DNA from: Bacteroidota bacterium
GTDB taxonomy: Bacteria; Bacteroidota; Bacteroidia; JABDFU01
Reading direction: 5' to 3'
NCBI GenBank assembly: GCA_013286385.1
Contig: JABDFU010000005.1
Location: 8,651-72,650, forward strand
Length of the DNA: 64,000 nucleotides
The notes under the pieces were generated by a model that had not been told where the DNA came from, ran no database searches, and saw nothing but the letters and a program-made list of their open reading frames with translations. Below are positions 38,665 through 48,351 of this stretch, piece after piece. The translations under genes and the position numbers were made by a program. The stretch's first letter is position 1; every line of letters begins with the position of its first letter.

Positions 38665-41600
38665 TTATTGTTTTACAAACTTCAGCACCTGTGAATAATC
38701 AGGTGTTGTCACCTTGATGAAATAAACTCCCGGTGTCAGCGTGCTGACATCCAATGACAGATTTTTGTTCCTGCCAATTAGGGTATTTTGAAGCATCAGC
38801 TCTTTACCGCTTACATCGATTATTTCTATCACTGCTGCCTTTTCAGATTCTTGCATTTCAAACGAAAGATTTATCCTGTCGACACTTGGGTTCGGATAAA
38901 GTGTTGTTGAGTTTGAGTTTGAAATAGTACGTATTCCGGTAGTTTCAAGTGTTACGGTAATGCTGTCCGTATTTACACAACCGGACGAATCTTTTCCAGT
39001 CACTATATAGACGGTATTGTTAAATGGTTTTACAATGGTCGTATCACTCGTACTTCCACTTGTCCAGATGTAGCTTATCCCTCCGCTTGCAGTTAAGGTA
39101 TCAGTACTGCCGATGGATAGGTTGCTCTTGCCACGGATTGACAGGGTTGGCAAAGGTTTAATGGTCAGGATCAGTGTTAATGTACTGTCACAGCCTCCCC
39201 GGTTGCTGAGATTCTGCGTGTAGGTTCCCGAGGAAGTATACGTAGAGCTATTCAGCGTATAACTGCTGCAAGCCGTTTCAATAAGCGTATCCGTAGTCGG
39301 CGCATTCACGGTAACAGTAAGTGAGGAAGCCGCACTGGTGCCGCAGCTGTTCCCTGCCGTAACAGTGACGGTTCCATTATCCGAAGCAGCCCCCGTTGTT
39401 ACGGTAATAGAATCGGTTCCGTCATTAGCGGTTATTGTCCATCCCGTCGGTACCGTCCAGTTATAGCTGTCCGTATTGGCAACGGGGGGGACGCCATAGA
39501 TCTGACTGCTCAAACCGCCGCATTGACTTGCACTGCCCAAAATGGCACCCGGTGTTGCCGGTGTGTCCGGATTCACCAGCACCACTCCGGACACCTTGCT
39601 GCTGAGTTCAGGAGCACATGTTCCGCTGACAATACAATAGTAATACAATCTGCCCGCAGTTGTGGTCACCGGTGTATAACTGCTGGAGGTAGCGCCGGCA
39701 ATCAACGTTCCGCCTACAGTTGATTTGGCAGTATTGCTGTACCACTGATAACCGAGACCCGAACCGGTAGCGGTAACAAATATAGGCGTTGCAGAAAAAC
39801 CAGGACATCCGCCCTGACCGCCTGGAAATGGTTGAGTCGTGATGGCCGGTACCTCATTTACCGTTATCACCTGTTCGGCTTTTGCCGTGCAGTTATTGAC
39901 ATCAGTTGCGGTAACGGTATAGGTTGTGGTCGTTGAAGGAACCACGCTTGCTGTCTCTCCTTTTAAAGTATCAGGCATCCAGGTAAAGGTTATCCCACCT
40001 GTTCCTCCGTTGCAGGATACGGATAGTCCGGCAGATGCTCCGTTACACACTGCTGAATCGTTTCCGGCCGTAAGACTGATTGGGTTATAGGTTACAGTTG
40101 TGCTTGCACTGACAGTGATTCCGGTTGAATTTGTTACTGTGACGGAATAGGTACCTGAAGTGCTGACAGTAATATTTGAAGAAGTTGAACCGGTCGACCA
40201 CTGATAGGAAAACGGACTGCCGGGTCCCCGTACAGCAGCTGTCAGGGTTTTACATCCGACTTGAACAGAGGTACTCATCGCTTCAAATAAGTTGCCCGAA
40301 GGCGAACTACCGGTCACAATTCCGTTTAAATCCTCCAGAATGGTCTCTGTGCCGGAAGTGCTGCATTTAAACAGGATACCATCATCCGATGCACCCCCAC
40401 CTTGTGTCATGCCGTAGAGGTTGCCATCGCTGCCCTGGATTAGGCTGCCATAGGGGGACTCTCCATCCGAAGAGCCGCCGGCAAAACTATGCAGAAGGGT
40501 CATTGTTCCGGTGGTGCTGCAGATGAATAAGATTCCTTTATTGGATAGGCCACCCTGGTAGGTCATACCATAGAGATTGCCATCGCTGCACTGGATAAGG
40601 CTGCCATAAGGGGACTCGCCATCTGAAGCTCCGCCTGAAAAACTATGCAGTAGGGTCAGTGTTCCCGTGGTACTGCAGGTGAATAGGGTACCATTACCCG
40701 ATACACCCCCAGCCGGCGTCATGCCGTAAAGGTTGCCATCGCTGCCCTGAATTAGGCTGCCTTGGGGTCCGGAACCGTCAGAAGTGCCGCCCGTAAAACT
40801 ATGCAACAGGGTCAGTGTTCCTCCAGTGCTGCAGGTGAATAACGTGCCGTAATTCGATGCACCCCCAGCCTGGGTCATACCATAGAGGTTGCCATCACTG
40901 CCCTGGACCAGGCTGCCCATAGGTCCCTGACCATCTGAAGCGCCACCTGAAAAACTATGCAGCAGAGTTACTACTCCCGCCATACTGCATGTAAACAATG
41001 TTCCATCATCCGATGAACCGCCATACTGTGTCATGCCATAAAGGTTGCCATCGCTGCCCTGAATAAGATTTCCGTAAGGTCTCTTTCCGTCAGAAATACC
41101 GCCGGCAAAATTATGCAGTATAGTCACCGCTCCTGTGGAACTGCACTTGAAAATTGTACCGACTCCTGATGAGCCACCCTGATAGGTCATGCCATAAAGA
41201 TTGCCATCGTTGCATTGAATGAGACTGCCATATTGGTAATAGCCAATTGAAGTAACGCCAAAAGTAAAAAGCAGGGTTTCCGTACCGGTAGTACTGCATT
41301 TGAATATAATTCCATATCCCAATGCGCCACCCTGATAGGTCACTCCATAGAGATTGCCATCGCTCCCCTGAATTAAACTGCCAAGTGGATTGTAGCCATC
41401 AGAGGTGCCACCTGAAAAACTGTGAAGCAGGTTTATTGTTCCGGTGGTGCTGCATTGAAACAGTATTCCATCACCCGATACGCCACCATTCTGTGTCATG
41501 CCATAGAGATTTCCATCGCCGCCCTGGATAAGACTGCCATAAGGGTACTGGCCGTCCGAAACGCCGGCAGCAAAACTATGCAGAAGGGTCAGTGTTCCAG

Positions 41601-42585
41601 TAGTACTGCATTTAAACAGAGTTCCGTCATTCGAAGAACCACCCTGGTAGGTCATGCCATAAAGATTGCCATCACTTCCCTGGATAAGGCTGCCATAGGG
41701 GGACTGACCATCCGAAACGCCGCCGGCAAAACTATGCAGCAGCGTCATAGCTCCTGAAGTGCTGCATTGGAATAGAATTCCGTAACCCGATGCGCCGCCA
41801 TAAGGAGTCATGCCATAGAGGTTGCCGTCGCTGCCCTCAATAAGATTACCTTGAGGGTCAGAGCCATCAGAAGTGCCACCTGTAAAACTATAAAGCAGGG
41901 TTACTGTTCCCGTGGTACTGCACTTGAACAAGGTTCCGTCGCCCGATGCACCTCCCAGATTTGTCATACCATAAAGGTTGCCATCACCTCCCTGGACAAG
42001 GCTTCCCAAAGGGTACTCTCCATCCGAAACGCCACCGGCAAAACCGTGCAACAAAGTTACCGTGCCTGTAGTAGTACATTTAAACACAGTTCCGTTACCC
42101 GACGGGCCGCCGTTAAATGTCATGCCATAGAGGTTGCCATCGCTGCCTTGAATAAGACTCCCTAAAGGGTATTGTCCGTCCGAAGCACCGCCGGCAAAAC
42201 TATGTAACAGGGTCATAGCGCCTGAAGTGCTGCATTTGAATACTGTTCCATAACCGGATGCACCGCCATCCTGCGTCATTCCATAAAGATTGCCATCAGT
42301 ACCCTGAATAAGGTTTGTATAGTTTGGATTTGTTCCCGAAGTCGGAAAAGGATGTACAATACTATCATGCGAAATAAGGGCATCATAGTTAAAGATTACG
42401 CCTCCGCCACTATCGCCTCCGGCATAGGTCATTCCCCACAGTTTTCCAATGCTTTGGGCATTTGAAAATGAAAAACAAAAAAAGAAAAGAGAAAAGAAAA
42501 GCATCATCTTTCCGGCAACACTGTTCTTCTTTAGTGCAACCGAACCCTTTGCATTGTTGTAGTTACCGACAATTTGTTTGTTCAT
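38665..42585 (-). CDS. Secreted 1306-aa protein: 14 tandem GloVer-type beta-propeller repeats, Ig-like domains and a T9SS type A CTD
   Basis: Fourteen 'G(N)LYGMT..GG' units at 52-aa spacing resemble the Gloeo_Verruco / 'choice-of-anchor GloVer' repeat. They are followed by Cys-paired Ig-like modules and a C-terminal sorting domain (LYPNPSVDRINLSF...GVYFIKVTT...LKFVKQ). An alternative start lies at ATG 42507 (MMLFFSLFFFCFSFSNAQS). Confidence 0.85.
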   Translation of the reverse strand: MNKQIVGNYNNAKGSVALKKNSVAGKMMLFFSLFFFCFSFSNAQSIGKLWGMTYAGGDSGGGVIFNYDALISHDSIVHPFPTSGTNPNYTNLIQGTDGNLYGMTQDGGASGYGTVFKCSTSGAMTLLHSFAGGASDGQYPLGSLIQGSDGNLYGMTFNGGPSGNGTVFKCTTTGTVTLLHGFAGGVSDGEYPLGSLVQGGDGNLYGMTNLGGASGDGTLFKCSTTGTVTLLYSFTGGTSDGSDPQGNLIEGSDGNLYGMTPYGGASGYGILFQCSTSGAMTLLHSFAGGVSDGQSPYGSLIQGSDGNLYGMTYQGGSSNDGTLFKCSTTGTLTLLHSFAAGVSDGQYPYGSLIQGGDGNLYGMTQNGGVSGDGILFQCSTTGTINLLHSFSGGTSDGYNPLGSLIQGSDGNLYGVTYQGGALGYGIIFKCSTTGTETLLFTFGVTSIGYYQYGSLIQCNDGNLYGMTYQGGSSGVGTIFKCSSTGAVTILHNFAGGISDGKRPYGNLIQGSDGNLYGMTQYGGSSDDGTLFTCSMAGVVTLLHSFSGGASDGQGPMGSLVQGSDGNLYGMTQAGGASNYGTLFTCSTGGTLTLLHSFTGGTSDGSGPQGSLIQGSDGNLYGMTPAGGVSGNGTLFTCSTTGTLTLLHSFSGGASDGESPYGSLIQCSDGNLYGMTYQGGLSNKGILFICSTTGTMTLLHSFAGGSSDGESPYGSLIQGSDGNLYGMTQGGGASDDGILFKCSTSGTETILEDLNGIVTGSSPSGNLFEAMSTSVQVGCKTLTAAVRGPGSPFSYQWSTGSTSSNITVSTSGTYSVTVTNSTGITVSASTTVTYNPISLTAGNDSAVCNGASAGLSVSCNGGTGGITFTWMPDTLKGETASVVPSTTTTYTVTATDVNNCTAKAEQVITVNEVPAITTQPFPGGQGGCPGFSATPIFVTATGSGLGYQWYSNTAKSTVGGTLIAGATSSSYTPVTTTAGRLYYYCIVSGTCAPELSSKVSGVVLVNPDTPATPGAILGSASQCGGLSSQIYGVPPVANTDSYNWTVPTGWTITANDGTDSITVTTGAASDNGTVTVTAGNSCGTSAASSLTVTVNAPTTDTLIETACSSYTLNSSTYTSSGTYTQNLSNRGGCDSTLTLILTIKPLPTLSIRGKSNLSIGSTDTLTASGGISYIWTSGSTSDTTIVKPFNNTVYIVTGKDSSGCVNTDSITVTLETTGIRTISNSNSTTLYPNPSVDRINLSFEMQESEKAAVIEIIDVSGKELMLQNTLIGRNKNLSLDVSTLTPGVYFIKVTTPDYSQVLKFVKQ
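40333..42453 (-). repeat. Coding tandem-repeat array, 14 x about 156 bp (GloVer blades)
   Basis: The DNA block catgccatagaggttgccatcgctgccctg and close variants recur every 156 bp on the plus strand (for example the 'cat' at 40408 and at 40564). Confidence 0.85.
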
Positions 42586-42776
42586 ACAATTAGATTTGCG
42601 AACCTACCAGATCCATGTTCAGTCATTGTCTGCTTTAATTTGCACGAATATACAATTAGGAAGTGTGTTTGCTTTGGTTTTTACTAATTTACTTTGGGGA
42701 TTTTAGTAAATCAGTTGACAATACCAGATCCTTAAAAGTCGGAAACTTCCTACCTTTCCCTCCCAACCAATTTTAC

Positions 42777-42811
42777 GGCTTAATTAGGCCTTATTGGGCC
42801 ATAATTAAGCC
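42777..42811. promoter_or_regulatory. Near-perfect 14-bp inverted repeat in the divergent control region between two cargo genes
   Basis: ggcttaattaggcc-ttatt(g)-ggccataattaagcc, with one extra base in the right arm, followed by tgattttct. It could be an operator or a 5' leader hairpin. Confidence 0.35.
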
Positions 42812-42903
42812 TGATTTTCTCAATTATCCTTGCAACCTCCCTGGGTCAATTTCCGTTTAACAATAAGAAAGACTAAATTGGGCAAGGAAATTGCTCAAAC
42901 AAA

Positions 42904-45900
42904 ATGAAAAGGTTAAGCCTCTGGTGTTTTCGTAGTGTATTTCTTTTCGCCGTTTTGCTAAGTGGCTTGTGTTCCAATGCGCAAACACAAACCTATTACA
43001 TTACGTCTCCTTCGCAATTAACCGGCATGGGTAATGAATGTTCTTCAAGTTCCTATTGGGGATTCGGAACCGAAGGCGGAGATCCTGCACAAGGCTGCCA
43101 ATGGACGGATGTTATTCCTTCCGGCAGTACTATAACTGCAGTTTCCATAGAATTTATGGTCACCTACGAATACGAATGCGGAAGCACCTATACAACTGCT
43201 CTTAATGGAACCTCAGGCGGTACATCGTTTTCCCCAACCTATTGTAACTACAGTTGCAGCAGTGTCGACTACACCCAAACGGTTTCCCTGCCCACCTCCG
43301 CCTATTCCATTGGGGGCACAAATTCTTTTCAGGTTACCGGCGGATTCGTCTGGGGCTGGTATGCCGGTTTAACCGGAAGTTCATTTGCCATAGTTACGGT
43401 AAATTACACCTCCCCGACAATTACCGTTTCAGGTTCTTTATCCAATTTTGGAACTGAGTGTACCAACCAGGTGTCCGGTGCACAAACATACACCGTTTCA
43501 GGCACCTCCCTAACCACGGCAATCACAATTACTGCTCCCGCCGGATTTCTGGTCAGCAGTGGCTCAGGTTATGCGAGTTCAGCCCAGGTCTGGCCCTCCT
43601 CAGGAACGGTTTATGCAACTCCAATTTACGTTGAATATTCTCCAACTTCGGTTGGAGGCAGTAGTGGCAACATTACCAATTCAAGTACAGGGGCAACTAC
43701 TTTAAACGTCGCTGCCGCCGGGACAGGCATTGCTTGTCCTCCCACACTTTCCTCAACAATAAGTTCAACCAACAGTTCAACTTCCGCTAATCTCGGTGGA
43801 GTCATTTCTTCCGTTGGTTCAGGAAATGCCACTACTGTAGGAGTCTATTACAGCACCAGTAGTTTTTCGCCTCCTGGCGGAACCCTTGTTTCCCAATCCG
43901 GATCCTTTGGAGTGGGAAATTTCAGTGAAGTGGTAACAGGGTTAAATCCTTCCACAACCTATTATTTTTATGCCTTTGCCACCAATTCTGCCGGCACAAC
44001 CTACAGCTCAGAGGGTACCTATCGCTACAATCCCAACTCAAATGTTTTTCAGGCAACCTACACCAATGCGTCCGTTTATCAGGCTGACCAATGGACATCC
44101 TACGTTAACGGCAACAAAATGATTCTGGCCGGACCGGGAATGGCCCCCGGCAGTGTTCCTGTAAATGCCGTGACAGTCACAGATACCATGGGAAATTTAA
44201 TGAACAGTTATTATTACGGGACGCCGGGCTGGGGTACTATTGAAAGGCTCAGGTATTTTAACAGTACCAATTCGATCATTTCAGGGGTTGATGGCAATAC
44301 GCCGCCAACCAGCGCATTTTTGGGAATTTTCAACCATACAACCGGCACCGTTTCTTCTGACTTCGGATACAACCGTTACATCAACAATGTCCGAAATGGA
44401 ACCGGAGAAGCAAGTGATGCCATTCTTCTTGCGAATGGAGACTTAGGAATGACCGGACAAATGCAGGAGACCTACAATACAAGTTCCTGGCCAAGCTTTT
44501 TTACTGCAGCTTCAGGCTGTCCGGCCGGAATAGGATATCCTGCAGATGATTTGTACAACGGCACTGCCTATCAAAGAGGGTCTGACATTTTTCTAATCCG
44601 TACCGGAGCAAATGGCGACACAGCCACGGCTTCCGGAAACGATGGATACGTAATGGAGTGGAATCTCGCTTATTGTGGAGGCGGATGGACACCTGCTCAG
44701 CCAACTCCCTACAATCACACAACGGGTACCTTTTGTTATTGGGATTTTACTCCTCCCAACAACATGATCGATTCTTCCAGAGATGAGGTTGGGGTTAGTC
44801 TGGTCGAAGATGCCAACCATAATATTTTTATCTGTGGATATACCGTAGACCACTGGAGTGAGCTGATCGGCGGGGGAAATCCTGCAGATAAAGAAGCATT
44901 TGTATTAAAAACCAATTCAGCAGGTGCCGTTCAATGGTGCAAAACATATTATATCTCCAACCAGGCGAGTGCAAATCAGATGGCCGTCGGAATTGCCGCA
45001 GTAAACATTGCCGATGCCAGCAATGATGTAATTATTATTATGGAATCCCAGTCCACCGGAGCAGTAGAAATAGCACGATTGGCCAATGCAACTGGAAACA
45101 TTGTCTGGGCCAATTCCATTGCATTTGGAACCAATTACGTCTTCCCCTGGTCACTAAAGCAGACGACCCAGGGTAACTTTATAATCGGGGTCGAACTGAC
45201 TCCTAACCTGCTTAACGGAACCTGTTGCGGCTCCGTTTCTACCAACTCCAATTCGTATGACATGGCCTTTCTTGAAGTCAATTCATCCGGGACGGTTTTA
45301 AAAGCCTCAGGGTATGGAACACCGAATATGGATGGAGAAGATGGCTCGTTTGGGGGCGATATAGGCCCCCAGGTTGATCAGTTGGGCTCCGGAAGTAATT
45401 TTGTGATTTCGGGAGTTACACGCTATTCTGGCGGGTTCGGACCCGGAAATTACACCGTAAAGATAAACGGCTTATCCATGTCCAGTGGATGCAGTTCTTC
45501 TGAGCAATATTCCATTTCTACGTCTAACACACCTCGCACCTTAGCCGGCGGCAACCAGTTAAATTCCAGAACGCCCATCGTTTATCAGTTCAGGCAGGGA
45601 GCAAATAAAGTAACTGTTTCTCCTACGGTAGCCCCCGTACAATTAACCCCTGAAGTACTCTGTGCTTCAAGTGCCCTTCCAATCGAACTTTTATCCTTCA
45701 CCGCCCAGCCTGAAAACAACTCCTACGTAAAACTAAACTGGGTCACCGCTACCGAAACCAACAACAATTTTTTCACCGTCGAACGTAGCCAGGACGGTAT
45801 TGAATTCGAAGACCTGAATACGGTAAAAGGCTCCGGAACGACTTCCGTTAAACACAGTTACGAGTCCTTCGACTACGCTCCCTACAAAGGAATTTCCTAT

Positions 45901-46230
45901 TACCGCATAAAACAAACCGACTACGATGGCAAATACACCTACTCCGACATACAAAGCGTAAATTTCTCAACCCCCGGCTCCCTCTTTGTTTCCAGGATTC
46001 CTTCCAGCGGCGACTACCTGCTCGATTTCCAAACCTCCTCCTCTGAAACCGACAATTACACCATCACCGTCTATAACGCTCTTGGCCAATTGATTTCAAC
46101 AGAAACCCTCTACAGTTTCGCCGGCACCTACAGCAAAAACTACAACCTCCTCACTCACGGAGCCGGCGTCTATCTCTTCACCGTCACCGGCAGCCGGGAC
46201 AACATCGTCAGGCGCGTCGTCGCGTATTAA
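42904..46230 (+). CDS. Secreted 1108-aa protein with Fn3-like and beta-propeller-like regions, the shared pre-CTD module and a T9SS type A CTD
   Basis: Signal peptide (VFLFAVLLSGLCSNAQT). Fn3-like segment (GLNPSTTYYFYAFATNSAGTTYS). Repeated 'D.F(L/V)..(T/N)..G' strands that resemble SBBP/propeller repeats. Module LLSFTAQP...YYRIKQTDYDGKYTYS (about 45676..45966), homologous to 38064..38357. Terminal CTD (GVYLFTVTG...RRVVAY). Confidence 0.8.
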   Translation: MKRLSLWCFRSVFLFAVLLSGLCSNAQTQTYYITSPSQLTGMGNECSSSSYWGFGTEGGDPAQGCQWTDVIPSGSTITAVSIEFMVTYEYECGSTYTTALNGTSGGTSFSPTYCNYSCSSVDYTQTVSLPTSAYSIGGTNSFQVTGGFVWGWYAGLTGSSFAIVTVNYTSPTITVSGSLSNFGTECTNQVSGAQTYTVSGTSLTTAITITAPAGFLVSSGSGYASSAQVWPSSGTVYATPIYVEYSPTSVGGSSGNITNSSTGATTLNVAAAGTGIACPPTLSSTISSTNSSTSANLGGVISSVGSGNATTVGVYYSTSSFSPPGGTLVSQSGSFGVGNFSEVVTGLNPSTTYYFYAFATNSAGTTYSSEGTYRYNPNSNVFQATYTNASVYQADQWTSYVNGNKMILAGPGMAPGSVPVNAVTVTDTMGNLMNSYYYGTPGWGTIERLRYFNSTNSIISGVDGNTPPTSAFLGIFNHTTGTVSSDFGYNRYINNVRNGTGEASDAILLANGDLGMTGQMQETYNTSSWPSFFTAASGCPAGIGYPADDLYNGTAYQRGSDIFLIRTGANGDTATASGNDGYVMEWNLAYCGGGWTPAQPTPYNHTTGTFCYWDFTPPNNMIDSSRDEVGVSLVEDANHNIFICGYTVDHWSELIGGGNPADKEAFVLKTNSAGAVQWCKTYYISNQASANQMAVGIAAVNIADASNDVIIIMESQSTGAVEIARLANATGNIVWANSIAFGTNYVFPWSLKQTTQGNFIIGVELTPNLLNGTCCGSVSTNSNSYDMAFLEVNSSGTVLKASGYGTPNMDGEDGSFGGDIGPQVDQLGSGSNFVISGVTRYSGGFGPGNYTVKINGLSMSSGCSSSEQYSISTSNTPRTLAGGNQLNSRTPIVYQFRQGANKVTVSPTVAPVQLTPEVLCASSALPIELLSFTAQPENNSYVKLNWVTATETNNNFFTVERSQDGIEFEDLNTVKGSGTTSVKHSYESFDYAPYKGISYYRIKQTDYDGKYTYSDIQSVNFSTPGSLFVSRIPSSGDYLLDFQTSSSETDNYTITVYNALGQLISTETLYSFAGTYSKNYNLLTHGAGVYLFTVTGSRDNIVRRVVAY

Positions 46231-46327
46231 GCAGACTTGGGTTTGCTTTAACAAACCTTAGCCTGCTTTATACGCCCTCGGGGTAATAAACGCCAGAATT
46301 AATTTTAGCGTAAGAAACGGCACTTTT

Positions 46328-46350
46328 GGAGGCCGCTATTAACGGCCTCC
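46328..46350 (+). terminator. GC-rich hairpin downstream of the 1108-aa gene (weak terminator candidate)
   Basis: ggaggccg-ctattaa-cggcctcc, a perfect 8-bp stem. The downstream sequence gattggattt is only weakly T-rich. Confidence 0.3.
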
Positions 46351-46367
46351 GATTGGATTTAAATCCG

Positions 46368-46375
46368 TAAATTTG
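46368..46375 (+). promoter_or_regulatory. Candidate -7 box (TAAATTTG) for purF
   Basis: Exact TAnnTTTG match, 37 nt before the ATG at 46413. Confidence 0.4.
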
Positions 46376-46412
46376 TCCTTCTGGCAACCAAAACAAGCGA
46401 CCCGATCCACAG

Positions 46413-48344
46413 ATGAGCGACCAGATCAAACACGAATGCGGCATAGCCCTTATCCGGCTTCTCAAGCCGCTGCAATATTACAAGGAAAAATACGGAACAG
46501 CCCTTTACGGAATAAACAAACTTTACCTCTTAATGGAAAAACAGCACAACCGCGGCCAGGACGGCGCCGGAGTAGCTGCCATTAAATTCGATACCCGGCC
46601 GGGTACGGCCTACATCAACCGCCAGCGATCCAATGCAGGCAACGCCATCAAAGAAATATTCTACCGCATCAACGCCCCTTTCCAAAATGCCTTTCAGGCC
46701 AAACCCGAAAGAGCATCAGACGGAGAATGGCTCAAAAACAACATTGACTTCGCAGGCGAACTCCTGCTCGGGCATTTGCGCTACGGTACCTATGGAGGCA
46801 ACAGCATTGAACATTGCCACCCTTTCCTCAGACAAAACAACTGGAAAACCCGTAACCTGGTCGTTGCAGGCAACTTCAACCTCACCAATGTCGACGAGTT
46901 GTTCGATCAACTCGTCGCCTTGGGACAACATCCCAGAGAGAAAACAGATACCGTCACCGTCATGGAAAAGATCGGACATTTCCTCGACGAAGAAAACGAA
47001 CGGCTCTTCCGCAAATTCAAATCTGAAGGCAACGACAACCTGGCCATCTCAGACCTTATTGCCGGAAGCATAGACATTGTCAAAATACTCAAAGACGCCA
47101 GCAAAAAATGGGATGGGGGCTATACCATGGCCGGCATGTTCGGACACGGCGATGCATTTGTACTACGTGATCCAAACGGCATTCGTCCCGCGTTTTATTA
47201 CGCGGACGAAGAAATTGCAGTTGTCACCTCCGAACGCCCCGTGATTCAAACCGCCTTTAAAGTCCCCATAGATAAAGTAAAAGAAATTACCCCCGGACAC
47301 GCCCTCATCATCAAAAAAAACGGACACGTCTCCGAGCAGGAAATCATCAAACCAGGCATCAAAAAATCCTGCTCCTTCGAACGCATTTATTTCTCCAGGG
47401 GAAGCGATGCATCCATCTACCAGGAACGCAAAAGCCTTGGCCGTTCCCTTACCGAACCTGTACTCAAGGCTGTCAACTACGATTTAAAAAACACCGTGTT
47501 CTCATATATACCCAACACGGCCGAAGTAGCATTCATAGGTTTGGTAGACGGATTACACAATTACCAGAACGAACTTAAAATTAAACGCATCCGCGAAGGC
47601 AACGGAAAGCCCGAAGGCAACGGAAAACTGACCGAAGAACTGCTCAAATCCATTCTTTCCGAAAAACCAAGGATTGAAAAAATACCCATCAAAGACGCCA
47701 AACTCCGCACCTTCATATCCGATGACAACACCCGTGACGAAATGGTCGCTCACGTGTACGACACCACCTACGGCGTAGTAAAACCCGGCACCGACAACCT
47801 GGTGGTACTCGACGACTCTATTGTCCGCGGCACTACACTCAAGCAAAGCATTCTTAAAATCCTCGATCGCTTAGGTCCTCAAAAAATCGTGGTCGTCTCC
47901 TCTGCTCCCCAGATACGCTTCCCCGATTGCTACGGCATCAACATGTCGCGCATGACCGAGTTTGTTGCATTCGAAGCAGCCATTTCCCTGCTCAAAGAAA
48001 ATTGCAACAAAAACTTCAACGAAAACTTTCTCGAAGATCTTTACGAAAGAGCCAAAGCCCAGGAAGAACTCCCCAAGGAAAACATCAAAAACATCGTCAA
48101 AGAAATTTACGCTCCCTTTACCTACGAACAGGTATCGGCCCGCATCGCTCAGCTTCTGCGTCCTGCAGGTTTAAAAGCCGAACTCGAAATTATTTTTCAG
48201 CCCATCGAAGGCCTTCACAAATCCTGTCCCGATCACAGCGGCGACTGGTACTTCAGCGGCGACTACCCCACCCCCGGCGGTAACAAAGTCGTCAACCGTT
48301 CCTTCATCAATTTCATGGAAGGCAAGAATGTGCGGGCATACTGA
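46413..48344 (+). CDS. purF: Amidophosphoribosyltransferase (long Bacteroidota-type class II glutamine amidotransferase)
   Basis: 643 aa. N-terminal propeptide followed by the catalytic Cys (KHECGIALIRL), a PRTase motif (VVLDDSIVRGTT), and an in-frame 18-bp duplication (EGNGKPEGNGK). Confidence 0.8.
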   Translation: MSDQIKHECGIALIRLLKPLQYYKEKYGTALYGINKLYLLMEKQHNRGQDGAGVAAIKFDTRPGTAYINRQRSNAGNAIKEIFYRINAPFQNAFQAKPERASDGEWLKNNIDFAGELLLGHLRYGTYGGNSIEHCHPFLRQNNWKTRNLVVAGNFNLTNVDELFDQLVALGQHPREKTDTVTVMEKIGHFLDEENERLFRKFKSEGNDNLAISDLIAGSIDIVKILKDASKKWDGGYTMAGMFGHGDAFVLRDPNGIRPAFYYADEEIAVVTSERPVIQTAFKVPIDKVKEITPGHALIIKKNGHVSEQEIIKPGIKKSCSFERIYFSRGSDASIYQERKSLGRSLTEPVLKAVNYDLKNTVFSYIPNTAEVAFIGLVDGLHNYQNELKIKRIREGNGKPEGNGKLTEELLKSILSEKPRIEKIPIKDAKLRTFISDDNTRDEMVAHVYDTTYGVVKPGTDNLVVLDDSIVRGTTLKQSILKILDRLGPQKIVVVSSAPQIRFPDCYGINMSRMTEFVAFEAAISLLKENCNKNFNENFLEDLYERAKAQEELPKENIKNIVKEIYAPFTYEQVSARIAQLLRPAGLKAELEIIFQPIEGLHKSCPDHSGDWYFSGDYPTPGGNKVVNRSFINFMEGKNVRAY

Positions 48345-48351
48345 ATTGAGT

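Noticed and set aside
40333-42453. A regular 156-bp DNA periodicity that could be mistaken for a CRISPR array or a non-coding satellite.
   Set aside because: The repeats are contiguous with no unique spacers, lie in one long ORF, and encode a coherent 52-aa protein repeat.
42663-42860. 65-aa ORF in the divergent spacer between the cargo genes.
   Set aside because: It has a non-ATG start, no motifs, and lies in a region full of repeats and palindromes that looks regulatory.
46268-46585. Short ORFs (46268..46465 minus, 46373..46585 plus) around the purF upstream region. I also looked for a purine-type riboswitch there.
   Set aside because: The ORFs overlap the purF promoter and start and look random. 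I could not recognise any conserved riboswitch core by eye, only a GC hairpin and small palindromes.
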